This document shows, piece by piece, positions 51,601 through 62,539 of a stretch of DNA of 64,000 nucleotides. The DNA is taken from assembly GCF_048593235.1 (NCBI RefSeq), contig NC_133617.1, forward strand, positions 9,367,607 to 9,431,606, read 5' to 3'. Source of the stretch: Sminthopsis crassicaudata (Eukaryota). The translations under genes were made by a program, and so were the position numbers. The notes under the pieces are model-generated. The model worked only from the letters and a program-made list of their open reading frames with translations. It was not told the DNA's origin and did no database searches. Within the stretch, counting starts at the first letter, position 1; each line of letters opens with the position of its first letter.

Positions 51601-54600
51601 TAAGAATGAGAAGGAAGGAGAAAGGGGAGGAGAAAGGAAGAAGGGAGAGGAGGAAGAGGGAAACAGGAAAAAGGAAGGGAAGGAGGAAGGAGTAGGAGAA
51701 GAAAGAGAAAGAGGGTGGAAGGAAAGGGAAGGAGGAGGAAGGAGAGGAGTAAAAGGGAAGGGGAAAAGAGGAAAGGAGAAGGAAGAGGAGGGGAAGGAGA
51801 GGAGGAAGTTTGAGAAAGAGAAGGGAGGAGGAAAAGGAAGAAAGGGATGTGTTCATGAAGGCTTCATCTTTCACTGAGCCCTGGAAAGGGAGAGAGGGCA
51901 GCTTGGAATGGGGAGGGAAGGGCTTTGCCAGCTGCTCTGGGGAAGCTCTGGGGACCACATAGGAAGGCAGGGCTCCCCTTTAGAGGGTGGCCCGGGCTCT
52001 TAGGGCGGGGAGGGCGCCCAGAGGCTGCTGATCCGTGTCCCCAGTGTGACCCAGGACCCAAATGGTCATCCTGCCCTGCTTGGATTGCCCAGGTGAGAGA
52101 AGCCTGCCCACTGGGCCACACCCAAAGCCAGCCTGGGGAACCGGACAGCTCTCCTCCAGGAGGAGATCGTCCTATGCCAGGGTTAAACGTGGATCTTGGA
52201 GCCTTCTCCCCACTAGTCCGTGCTGCCTCTAAGTGCCCAGTCACCGACGTGGTCCCCAGCCCGCATGGTGGGTCTGCAGGGGCCCAGAGCACCTGGGGGG
52301 GGGAGCCTACCCCAATGCCACGGGTGAAGATCACAGCTCCAGAGCCCCGGAGGTGGTTCCAGCTGAGATTAAGCTCCTTTATGCCAATGTTTTCTGCCAA
52401 GGCCGACCCGAGTCTCTCCCCTTAAGGAGAAACAGTCCCAAATTCAGTCCCCTCGGGGTCTTTCATTTACTTCTGTCAAGGGGATGGGTAGTCAAGGAAA
52501 ATCCAGCAGGCCCCCAAATGGGGATCCCAGCCCAGGGGATTGCCCTCTCCAGAGCCCCATCAGACTGGTCCCACTGTGTCTCTTCAGCGAGTTCTTCCAT
52601 CTACAAACTGGAGCTAGCCCAGGACCCTTCCTTTTCCTTCCTCTCCGTCACAGGGGGTCCACACATAATGTGTGTCCTCATGCCAGTTTTGACCTCTCCA
52701 GGCTCTCGGTTCTGGCTGAGTAAACACTCTCCACAAACAGCATGGTTAGGCCGGCCAAGCTTTTCCTCAGTGCACCCCTGGGAGGCTCTGGAGGTAGTGT
52801 GAGAAGATTGTCTCCATTTTATAGACCGGGAAACTGAGGCCCTGCCACATGTCTGCCACTTAATGGGAGGAAATTTACTGCCGAGGAGAGAATGAGTGCC
52901 TGGAAAAAGCCATCAGGCCAGAAAATAGCTGCCTGGGGTCACTGGCTAGCCCTTCCTGAGGGGCAGGGGGGGCTGCTGAGAGAACTTGGTGTGCCTGGGA
53001 CACTTGGTGCCTGGAGTCCTTGGGAAGCCCACTCACACCAAGAATTCTGGGAAGTCACTGAATGGCTGGTTAGTCCAACCTAGAACTTCATGCAAAACCG
53101 CCAGCCTCCACTCAGAGGCCTGTAGGGATGGGGGGCTCACTACCTCCTGAAGCAGCCTTCCCATTTGGGGGAGCTCTAATGGCCAAGTTTTTCCATATGT
53201 GGAGCCTGTATTTGTTGCTTTGGGGTCTCCTGTGATGACAAGCAAAGCAAGTCTGATCCTCCTCCAGGTGACCTCAGCAGGGTCCCTGCGGACCTCCTGG
53301 AGGGGGAGTCGGATGCCTGGTGAGCTGGAGGAAAAGGCAGCCCAGAGGTCATAAAGGTTTGACCCCCAGTCTCGTGACTCCAGGTCCAGTGCTGTCCACA
53401 TGACCCCTGCTCTCTGGTCTAGGACTGACCCCTGCCTTTTGGGAGGGTCCCTCCCTCACCCACCTGAAAAGCCCCTCCCCTCTGGCCATGGCCTCCTACC
53501 AGCCTCCTCATCCAGAAAGTTGTGGCTCAAGTCCAGTAGCTCCATCTTGGTGTTGATCATCAGAGTATCGGCAACATCTTTGGTGGCTTGTGTGCCTAGC
53601 TCACTTCCGGATAATCGAAGCCGCCGCACAGAAGTGTTCTCCATCAGGGCGGCACACAGAGCCTTGGCGCCTTTGGCCCCCAGCTTGTTATCAGACAAAT
53701 CAAGATCTGATGTGAGAGACCCAGGGGACGGACATCAGAGGTTGTGGACAGAGCCAGGCGGGACTGGGGGGGGTGTGTTGCCTTGGGAAGGTCACCTAAG
53801 TGCTTGGGGTACAGTTTCCTCTTTGGAAGTTCTAGTTCTCTTTGCCCTCATTTAATCTCGGAGGATAAGGCTTAAGGTGTTAACACTGGGCCATCCTTTA
53901 CAAAATGTGAGCACCTCTGAGGGATTTGAAATGAGTAATCCCGGCACCCTAAGGAAGATGGCCGGCTTCCGGATGATCCTTGAGAGTTTGAGACACACAT
54001 TCCAGACACACCTGGGTAGAGATAGTAGCTAAGACCAGGAGCAGTTTCAAGGTGTATCTGGAAGAAAAGAGCTGGCCATGGCTGCAAGGGCGGGGGGGGG
54101 GCTACCCCTGGCAACTGAGAGTCAATATCTAAGGAGAGGGGCCTTTGGAAGTGAAGAAGAGAGCTGGCTATGGCTGCAAGGGGAGCTAGCCCTGGAAGTT
54201 GGAAGCATGGAAAGGCGTGGAGCCCTGGAGCCCATCTGAGCAGCCCATGGAGGGGTTGTACCTTGGTGAGGACTCTGTGAGGGCAGAAAGGATGTTGGGG
54301 CCTTGTAGTTAGGAATGGCCTTGGCCACGTCTTTCCTACATATTTGCCGTACTCACACCAGACTCTACGCTTGTGTCCCCTGGGGCTCAGGAGGATTCCT
54401 GGGTTCAGCAGAAAGCAGCCCCCCCCTTCCCCACCAGGAGGTGGGAGCAATGCTGAGCCAGCAGGGACAGTGCTGTCCGGTGGAGAGAGCCTTGGTTCTG
54501 GAGCGAGAGGCTCTCGGTTCAGATCTCACCCCTGATGATTCCTGCTGAGCTTTGTTTTCTCTTCTGGACGGGATTGCCTCCACGGCTCCTTCCAGATTTC

Positions 54601-57600
54601 AGTCTATGAGCCCATGATCCTCACTCCTTAACTTCCCTGGGCCCAAGACCTTCCAAGGCCAGATCTGTGGCCCCCTGAGGTTGAGACCCTCTCTCCGGAC
54701 AGCGGACAAGGACAGCCCCTCCTCAGCGTGCACTGGGCACATGCAGGGCAAGGGCAGAACTGACCACGTTGTAATGATGGTCATTATAATGACCTATAAC
54801 GAAGAGGGTCCGGGGCTCAGCCCAGGGATTGGGGACAGCCCGGCCCAGGGGAGCGAGCTGGGCTCGGGCCTGGCCGTGCCGCAGTCTCCTGGGAGGGCTT
54901 TGGCTTTCCCAACTGTAGAGCGGTTCTAATGGTGCCTGTGCTCCCACCTGTGATGAAGCAGTTTTCCTTCAGCATCCCTGCGATGGCGGCCATCCCCTCC
55001 TCGTTCAGCCAGTTGTCACTCAGATTCAGTTTCACAATGGAGGTGTTGTTCATCAAGGCCAGGGCCAGGGCCTGGGCCCCCTGCAATACAGCACAGGCCT
55101 AGGTGGGGGGGCTCAGGGGGACCTGAGGCGGCGCTTGCTGGCTCCAGGACCTCGGATGGTTCCCTTCTCTAGCATAGGAAAGCTGGGCCAGGAATCTGGT
55201 GAGTTAATGGGAGGACTGGGCCTGGAGCTGGTGTCTCCTCCCTCCCCCCTATCCCAGGCCAGGGCTCTGCCCAGTTGTGTCAGCTTCCCTGTGGTGCTCA
55301 GAGCTAAGGGAGAAACTGGGGCTGGGGACAGAACTGGCAGCCAGAGACAGGGCCCTGCCCCCCAGGGCTCTGCAGGGGGGGTCTCTCTACCTGGGGCCCA
55401 AGGCCGCGGTGCATCAACGTGAGCTCAGAATCATGCATGTGGTGAAGGAAGTAGGAGATGGGCACCACTCCATAGGCCTCACAGGCCGCCAGGTACTGAG
55501 ACCTGCCGGTGAGGTCGAACGGCCCCCCGGGCTCTGTGGGGAGACACACAGGGGCTCTGTGAGGGAAGGGATCCTTCCCATCAGCGGGCTGACATTCGAG
55601 GTCCCCTTTAAAAACAAAAGCCAGAATCTCTCTCTGACCTAGCCTCCGTTTAAGTCCAGGAGCATTTATTAAGCACTGACTGTGTGCTAGGCCTTAGGCC
55701 TGAGTCCCTGTTCTTGGGGAGTGTGCTCCCCAATTCTAGGAAGGCATAGAAGGTTGTCAAGCAGGGGAGAGTCTGGAGGCAGGACTGGACTTGTGGGACG
55801 CCTCAAGGAAAAGGAAGCATCTGAACCAGAGTGATTAAAAAAATCATTGTTGTCTAGGGTCTCTAGTGTCTCCCTTTAGCAGCAAAACACACCTCGAAAC
55901 AACCATTTTTCACAGTTCCCACCTTTCCCACCTCTGAGCCTTTGCCTTGATATGCTTGGCATGCTCTCTCCCTCTCTCTTGCTACTATTCCCCTGCCACC
56001 TCCTCCAGGAAGTCCACCTGGATCCTCACTTGGTACAATCTTCTGGTCAGAAATGAGCTTTCCTTCTCACTTGGCTTCATACCTGCTCTGTGGACCACAG
56101 GGTCATAGAACCAGAGCTGGACATCAGCTCGTTCTACCCTCCCCTATTACAGAGGAGGAAACAGGCCCAGAAGGAGGGCTGGGACTTAGCCTAAGGTCAC
56201 ATAGCAAAGGATTCTAGCCCAGGCCTCCAGCTCCCAATCTAGGCCCCTTCTCTCTGCTCCCACTTCAGCACTTTGTTTTAAAAATCCTTGGACAACATCT
56301 ACAGACTGAGTAATGGGACAGAAAAGGGATTAGAGGGATGCAAATTAAAACAACTCTGAAGCACCACCACTTATTAGACAGGCTAAGATGACAGGAAAAT
56401 CGTCGGAGGACGCGTGGGAAAACTGGGATACTAATGCATAGTTGGTGGAACTGTGAACTGATCCAGCCATTCTGGAGAGCAGCAATCTCCTCACTAGGTC
56501 TGTACCCCAAAGAGATGAAAAAGAAAAAGGACTCACATGTGCAAAAAGATATATATATATATATATTCACAGCACATCTTTTTGTGGTGGCAAAGAATGA
56601 GAAACTGAGGGAATGCCTGTCAACTGGGAAATGGCTGAACAAGCTGGGGTATATGATCGTAATAGAATAGTATTGGGCTAGGAGAAATGACAAGCAGGCT
56701 GATTTCAGAAAAACTTTTAAAGACTTACATGAAATGATGTAAAGCAGGGGTTCTCAAACTACGGCCTGCGGGCCAGATGTGGCCTAGTGAGGACGTTTAT
56801 GGGCCCACCGGGTTATGGCAAATGGGCTGAAGGGCAGAGACAGAGTGTGAGCTTTTGTTTTTATTAAAGTCCGGCCCTCCCATAGTCTGAGGGACAGGGA
56901 ACTGGCCCCTATTTAAAAAGTCCGAGGACCACTGATGTAAAGAGAAGTAAACATGGGAGAACATCGTTCACAAAAACAACAAATATTGTCTGATAATCCG
57001 CTGTGAACAACTTAGCCATTCTCAGCAATACAAAGCTCCAAGACAATTGCAAGGGACTTAGGATGAAAAACTGCTATCTACCTCCAGAGAGAGAGCTGAT
57101 GAGTCTGAATATGATCAAAGCATACATTTTTAATACTTTATTTTGGTCTGTTTACTTTCACCTTATGACTAATACGGAAATATGTTTTGCATGATTGCAC
57201 GTGTATATCCTATATCATATTGCCTTCTCAGTGAGGGGGAGGGGAGGGACAGATGGAGGGAGAAAATTTAAAACTCAAAATTAAAAAAAAAATTTGTTTC
57301 TCTATGTAATGGGCAAAAATCAAATATTAAATAAGTAAATTAAAAACCTTAAAATAAAATAAAAACCTTGGAAGGTAACCAGGGCCAGCATTACTCCTCT
57401 TCTTTGTCAGAGAGGTTGCAGCACTTCCCTGAGGTAGGGTTTGAACACCAATCTGTCATGACACCAAGAGCACAAACCATGCTGTTTGTGAGAAAGTGCC
57501 TCCTACCCCACCAACCTCTCAGCCTCTGCATGGTCGTATCTGGAGAGCGTATAGCTCCTCATCCTGGGATGGGGAGAGAAGCAATATACCTCTCTGCTGT

Positions 57601-60600
57601 ATTTTCCTCTCCAGACTGACTCTGGCTGAGCCACAGAGGCATCCTCACCCTGGAGGATCACTCCATCCCTGGGGTCCCTCTCTCTCATTGGCTGGTTCTT
57701 GCCAGACCCTGGTCAGCCATGTCTTTGTTCTTCCTCAGACTGAACTCCTGACTCTCTGGACATGTTCTACCCCATGTCTTTGAAGATAGCAAAATGCAAA
57801 AACCAGGCCCTGCTCTCAAGGAGCTTACCACAGTATGATGAGGGAAGACAGCATGTAAATAACCAGGTCCACACACAGTACCTACAGATGGAAGGTACTT
57901 GTTGGGGGAAAGGCCATAGCAGTTAGGGTGGGACTGAGAAAGGTCTCTTGCAGAAGGTGGGATTTGATCTGGAAGCAAGAGGCAGTGGTGAAGTGGGAGA
58001 GTGCTGCAGGAATGAGTCACACAAGTTCACAGGCAAAAGCCAAGAGATGGAATATCTTGTTTGAGGAGCACCAAGGTGGCCAATATTGGCCCATGGATCA
58101 AAGAGCATGTGGAGGGAAGTAAGAAGCTTGGAAAGGTAGAAGAGGGCAGGTTGCAGAAAGCCAAATAGTTAGCTCCTAGAGGCAACAGGGAACCACTGGG
58201 GTTTACTTCGTAGGGGTGACGTGGTTAAGAGCTGTAGGAAAATTACTAGTGGCTAAATGAAGAATGGACCAAAGTAGGGAAAGACTGGAGAGAAGCATCT
58301 GCGTCCTCCCAATAGCTACTGCAGTAGTCCAGAGGGTCTGCTCTAGGGCATTAGTGTTGTCAGACAAGAGAAAGGGGCACATTGGAGAGATGATGCAGAG
58401 GTGATTGTTAACAAAAGATGTTGCAAAAGTGAAATGGACAAGAGATGAAATCAAGAAATGTTGCAAAAGTGAAATGGACAAAAAGTGAAATCAGGGAGAG
58501 ATGTTGCAGAAGTGAAATGGACAAGAGATGTCAACAAAGGATATTGCAAAAGTGAAATGGACAAAAGATGCTGCAGAGCTGACTGTCAACAAGAGATGTT
58601 GCAAAAGTGAAATGGACAAGAGGTGAAATAAAAAAATGTAAAAGTGAAATGGACTGAGATGCTGCAGAGGTGACTGTCAACAAAAGATGTTGCAAAAGAG
58701 AGCTAGTGAGGACTTTATAGTACACAGTAACAAGATGATTATGTGATGATCAACTGTGATCCACTTGGCTCTTAACAATGCAGTGGTTCAAGGCAATTCC
58801 AATAGACTTGGGATGGAAAATACCATCCACATCCAGAGACAGAACTATGGAGATTGAATGTGGATTGAAGTGTAGTATTTCACCTTTTTCTTTGTTTCTC
58901 ATGTTTTTTCCCACTTTGATCTGATTTTTTTTCTTGCATAGCATGACAAATATGAAAGTATGTATCTCACGTAACGAGATGGTCTGGTAGAAGTCTATAC
59001 AAACAGAGGAAGGCATGTACATTATTTTTACCTATATCAGATTGCTTGCTGTCTTGGGGAGAAGTCTTATAAAAAATGAATGTTGAAAGCTATCTTAACA
59101 TGTATTTGGAAAAATAAAATACAATTATTTATAAATAAAATAAGAGGGGCAGCTAGGTGTCACAGTGAATAGAGCACCAGCCCTGAAATCAGGAGGACTG
59201 GAGTTCAAATCTGACCTCAGACATTTAACACTTCCTGGCTGTGTGATCCTGGGCAAGTCACTTAACCCCAATTGCCTCAGCAAAATAAACAAACAAACAA
59301 ATAAATAAATAAAGATAAGAATCATTAGGCTATTTGAAAGCCATGACCAAAAATAAGCTTAAACATTATATTTCAGTAAATCTTTAAAAAATTGTCCATC
59401 TTTTAGAAACAGAGGACAAACGGCCATCTCCTGATACTCCAAAATGAAAACTAGCAGGAATATTATAGCCAAACTCCAGTTTTTAGAGACTGACTCAGTC
59501 TCTCCTGGCTTTTGAGGGAAGAATACTAGAAAACAAAGGATACACAAAGGATACAGGCTTACTGCCAAGTTCTGCTAATTTATCCAGCAAAACTGAATAG
59601 AATCCTACTGAAGGCAGGGGAGTGGGGATGGCCCTTTAAGGAAATTAGAGCACTTCTAAGCAATCCTGACGAAAAGACCAGAGCTGTACTGAAACTTTGA
59701 AGGGCAAACATAGCAGTTAAGAGAAACATAAAGAGGTAAATATGAATGAAGAATAATGATTAAATAAACAAGTATAAACTACTTATAATGGAGAGGTGAT
59801 CTTGTGTTCCTCAGAACCCTATCATCATCAGGGACCACAGAGTGAATCTGATTAGACAAAGCCTGGGATTGTTCTGATATGACTTGGTGATCTTAAGAAA
59901 AAATTATATTGAGGGGGGAGGTAGGGAATATTATCTCACGTAACGAGGTGCTCAGGCAGAAGTCTATACAAACAGAGGAAGGTTATGGATGATTGGCACT
60001 TAAACCCTCTCTCATCCAAGCAAGACAAAGAAGGGAAGAAGTCACATACATGTACTATATATAGTTGGATTCTCTCAACAGGGAAATGAGCAGGTATGTG
60101 CAGTGGATAGAGAGCTGGGTCTGGAGTCAGAAAGATCTGAGTTCAAATCCTGCCTCAGACATTTACAAGCTGTGTGACTCTGAGCAAGTCACTTCCTGTT
60201 TGCCTCAGTTTCCTCTTCTGTAAAATGAGCTGGAGAAGGAAATGGTAAACACTTCAGTCTCTTTGCCAAATAGAAAGAGGGAAGATTAAGGGGGAAATTA
60301 TTTGTAATCAACATAAACTCTAAGGATAAACAAAAATATTTATAGCTCTCTGAGGTGGCAAAGAATGGGAGTCTGAGGGGGTGCCCATCCATTGGGGAAC
60401 AGACAGAACAAGTTGTGGTATGGGAATATGATGAAAGATTATCACGCTGCATGAAATGATGGTTTCTGAGACAACTGGGCAGACTTGCATGAACAGGTGC
60501 AGAGGGAAAAGAGAAGAACGGGGAGAACAATGTAAATAACAGCAATCTAGTAAAGTGAAACAGTTTGGAGAGAAAGAGGAAGTCTGACGGGGACTCACCG

Positions 60601-61299
60601 ACTCCGATTTCAAAGATTTCGGAAGATTGATGACGAAACATCCTTCCGAGTGAGAAGTGACAGTCCACAGTGGTTATGTATTTTACATTTATGCTCCTTC
60701 AGTACATATTATATGTGTCATATAAAATATTGTTTATTATGTTTTATGTAGGTATAACATGCTATTAAGACTATATTGGGGGCAGCTAGGGGGCGCAGTG
60801 GATAGAGCACTAGCCTTGAATTCAGGAGGACCTGACTTCAAATCTGATCTCAGGGACTTAACCCTTCCTGGCTGTGTGACCCTGGGCAAGTCACTTAACC
60901 CCAGCCTCAGAAAAAGAAAAAGAAAAAGACTATATTATAAAATACTTAACAATATGATGTTATATCACTATATTAGTTTGTGTTATGTATTTTTATTTAT
61001 GTATAATTATTTATGTAACTATAATATATACCATGTTATTTATATTAAGTATATCAAGTGTATATGTTCTCTATATTGCTTCTGGATGGAGCCAGTGTGG
61101 GTCTTGCTGTGAGCTCAGAGAAGGCCCCAGTGTGGGGCCGCTGGAGGTTTGGGGAGGGGGCACGTGGGGAACCTCCCGGCCCGGATGGGGGGGCGCGGCC
61201 TTTGTTACCTTCCCTCTCCAGGTCAGAGTCTCCCTCGCTTTCTGACTCATTAGCTTCCTCCTGGCCACCCCCGGGCTCACCGGTGTCCTCCTCCTTCCC
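48611..61299 (-). CDS. LRRC74B: LRRC74B (leucine-rich repeat protein 74B), nine supported exons
   Basis: Minus-strand exons 61299-61209, 55533-55391, 55080-54948, 53706-53500, 52420-52311, 51370-51255, 50480-50402, 49709-49614 and 48706-48611 (TAG), all in frame. They give RI-like LRRs (LDLSDNKLG, LDLSHNFL, ELNLSWNHLRGSGA, VLDLSYNGFGDDGA, NNRISLPGA, MGRNPMRSEGC). Assigned to 74B rather than 74A from synteny and recalled human motifs. Confidence 0.9.
48885..48919 (+). promoter_or_regulatory. CTCF-like motif cluster (three overlapping cores)
   Basis: CTGTAGATGGCGCTAGGGGGCACCAGGGGGCGCTG; 48901-48919 matches the TGGCCACCAGGGGGCGCTA consensus at 16/19. Confidence 0.65.
50098..50386. repeat. 37-bp palindromic GC-rich minisatellite, ~8 copies, in an LRRC74B intron
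   Basis: Unit GGGACCTCCCCGAGGTCGGGGCCGGCCCTTTCCCCGT; period 37 (50107, 50144, 50181, 50218, 50255...). Confidence 0.96.
51415..51850. repeat. ~440-bp polypurine/polypyrimidine low-complexity tract
   Basis: Almost purely G/A on the + strand. Confidence 0.93.
56338..57366 (+). mobile_element. Older degraded L1 3' fragment, interrupted by the hAT MITE
   Basis: Resembles the L1 ORF2 end (caaattaaaacaactctga...tttgtggtggcaaagaat...), followed by a 3' UTR and A-rich tail; the sequence resumes after the MITE TSD. Confidence 0.8.
56745..56934 (+). mobile_element. 190-bp non-autonomous hAT/Charlie MITE (OC1/OposCharlie1-like)
   Basis: TIRs CAGGGGTTCTCAAACT and (reverse complement) CAGTGGTCCTCGGACT; perfect 8-bp TSD ATGTAAAG at 56737-56744 and 56935-56942; 5' sequence CAAACTACGGCCTGCGGGCC resembles OC1 as I recall it. 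Confidence 0.88.
57780..58330. mobile_element. Degraded L2 fragment; similar remnants at ~2980-3090, ~4490-4590 and ~5500-5830
   Basis: ccctgctctcaaggagcttac..., gagaaaggtctcttgcagaaggtgggatttgatct and tttattaagtg...tgtgccag resemble L2 3'-region text. Confidence 0.55.
58385..58700. repeat. Diverged ~40-bp tandem repeat, ~7 copies
   Basis: GATGTTGCAAAAGTGAAATGGACAA recurs with variable spacers. Confidence 0.85.
58715..59130 (+). mobile_element. Old L1 3' UTR fragment
   Basis: Shares text (aaggcaattccaatagacttgggatggaaaataccatcc...) with the fragments at 37960-38170 and ~57000-57250. Confidence 0.6.
59146..59320 (+). mobile_element. tRNA-derived CORE-SINE (WSINE1-like)
   Basis: Same head, B box and core; (AAAC/AAAT)n tail. 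Confidence 0.88.
60095..60270 (+). mobile_element. Mar1-like CORE-SINE
   Basis: B box, core and tail GAGCTGGAGAAGGAAATGGTAAACACTTCAGTCTCTTTGCC. Confidence 0.78.
60290..60680 (+). mobile_element. Degraded L1 ORF2-end fragment
   Basis: gtggcaaagaatgggagtctgagggggtgcccatcc...aagttgtggtat resembles the L1 ORF2 terminus. Confidence 0.6.
60778..60925 (+). mobile_element. tRNA-derived CORE-SINE (WSINE1-like) with an intact TSD
   Basis: Perfect 11-bp TSD AAGACTATATT at 60767-60777 and 60926-60936; (GAAAAA)n tail. Confidence 0.92.
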
Positions 61300-61781
61300 C
61301 TGCAGCAGGAAGTACTTCAGAGGCAAGTGGGTTCCGGAGCCATGCTCGGGCCCTGTCTGGAAAAGGGAGAGCGAGGGGTCGGCCCGGGCGCCCCTTGTAC
61401 TCTCTCTAGTCAGGGAAACCCGGGGCGAGGGCTGCCACTGCTGGCCAGGAAACCAAAGCGCGGACGCTGGCCTCAGTTTCCCTCTCTGCCAAGCGGAAGA
61501 GCCGCCGTTCCCTGAGCCCATCTGCCTCCGGGGCTTTGTCGCTCTCCAGACCCAGCGGCCCCTGGGGCAGGCGGAGATCTCGGGGCGCCTCTTGGGCTCC
61601 CTCCCCCCTCCTCAGTCCCTCCTCACCCCCCGCCCGCCTGGAGCCACCTTCCTTCCTCTGTCCCGGCCTCAGGGGCCTCTACGCCAGTCAAAAGGAGGCC
61701 CTTAAAGCTCCGCCCGGGCTGTGGGGGCAATCGGGGGACTCGTCCGTCCGGACTCAGTTTCCCCAGCCGTCCAACCTTGAC

Positions 61782-62024
61782 CTTTAGCTCCACTTCCAAC
61801 TGCGCCTTCTCCCCGTTCTGAATGCGGGGGCCCCCGGCCGCTTTCTCCTCCTGTACCTCCTCTCCACGTGCAGTTTGGGGGGACCGCGCGGGGGCGGCGG
61901 CCAGGCCCCACGGCCCCCGACGCTTGGACACTCCGCCGCCCGAGGGGTCCCCCCACGGGCCCGGCTTCCGCTGAGCCAAGGCCTCCAGCAGCGGCATTCC
62001 GTGGCCGAGCCCCCGGCCGCTCAT
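61782..62024 (-). CDS. LRRC74B: Putative first coding exon of LRRC74B (81 codons)
   Basis: ACCATG at 62024, an open frame to a phase-0 donor AAG|GTCAAG at 61782, and a matching phase-0 acceptor at 61299. An RFX X-box and CCAAT boxes lie just upstream. No homology support. Confidence 0.5.
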
Positions 62025-62098
62025 GGTCCCGGGCTGCGGGGCGAGTGGCTGGAGGCGGGGCCGCATGCGGGCTGAGGCCGGGGCTGCGGCCTGGAGGA

Positions 62099-62177
62099 CC
62101 AATCCGGGCAGAGAGCGAGCTGACGGGCGTCCCCGACAGCCAATAAAGGCCCGCGCGTCCTGCGTTGCCATGGGAAC
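62099..62177. promoter_or_regulatory. LRRC74B promoter: RFX X-box plus two CCAAT boxes
   Basis: GTTGCCATGGGAAC at 62164-62177 (13/14 match to the GTTGCCATGGCAAC X-box palindrome); CCAAT at ~62099 and ~62140; CpG-rich. Confidence 0.75.
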
Positions 62178-62294
62178 TGCCAACAGCAGCCCGGGTGGGC
62201 TGGGGATGGGGAGAAGTGCTGGAAGCTGCTCCCTAGTCCTGCCGGACGTGGAGGGAGATGGAGTGGGAGCGTCAGGACCATAGGGCGCTCGCCA

Positions 62295-62539
62295 CCCGCC
62301 GGGCAGAGGAGCCCAGAACTCTGCCGGAATGTCTGCAGGGACGGGGAGCTCACTACCCGCCGGGCAGAGGAGCCCAGAACTCTGCCGGAATGTCTGCAGG
62401 GACGGGGAGCTCACTACCCGCCGGGCAGAGGAGCCCAGAACTCTGCCGGAATGTCTGCAGGGACGGGGACCTCACTACCCGCCGGGCAGAGGAGCCCAGA
62501 ACTCTGCCCGAATGTCTGCAGGGACGGGGAGCTCACTAC
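62295..62539. repeat. 61-bp minisatellite, 4 near-identical copies, upstream of LRRC74B
   Basis: CCCGCCGGGCAGAGGAGCCCAGAACTCTGCC... starts at 62295, 62356, 62417 and 62478. Confidence 0.97.

Noticed and set aside
51251-51958. Hydrophobic F/L/S/P and charged K/E/G ORFs
   Set aside because: Low-complexity GA tract; only the 116-nt LRRC74B exon is coding.
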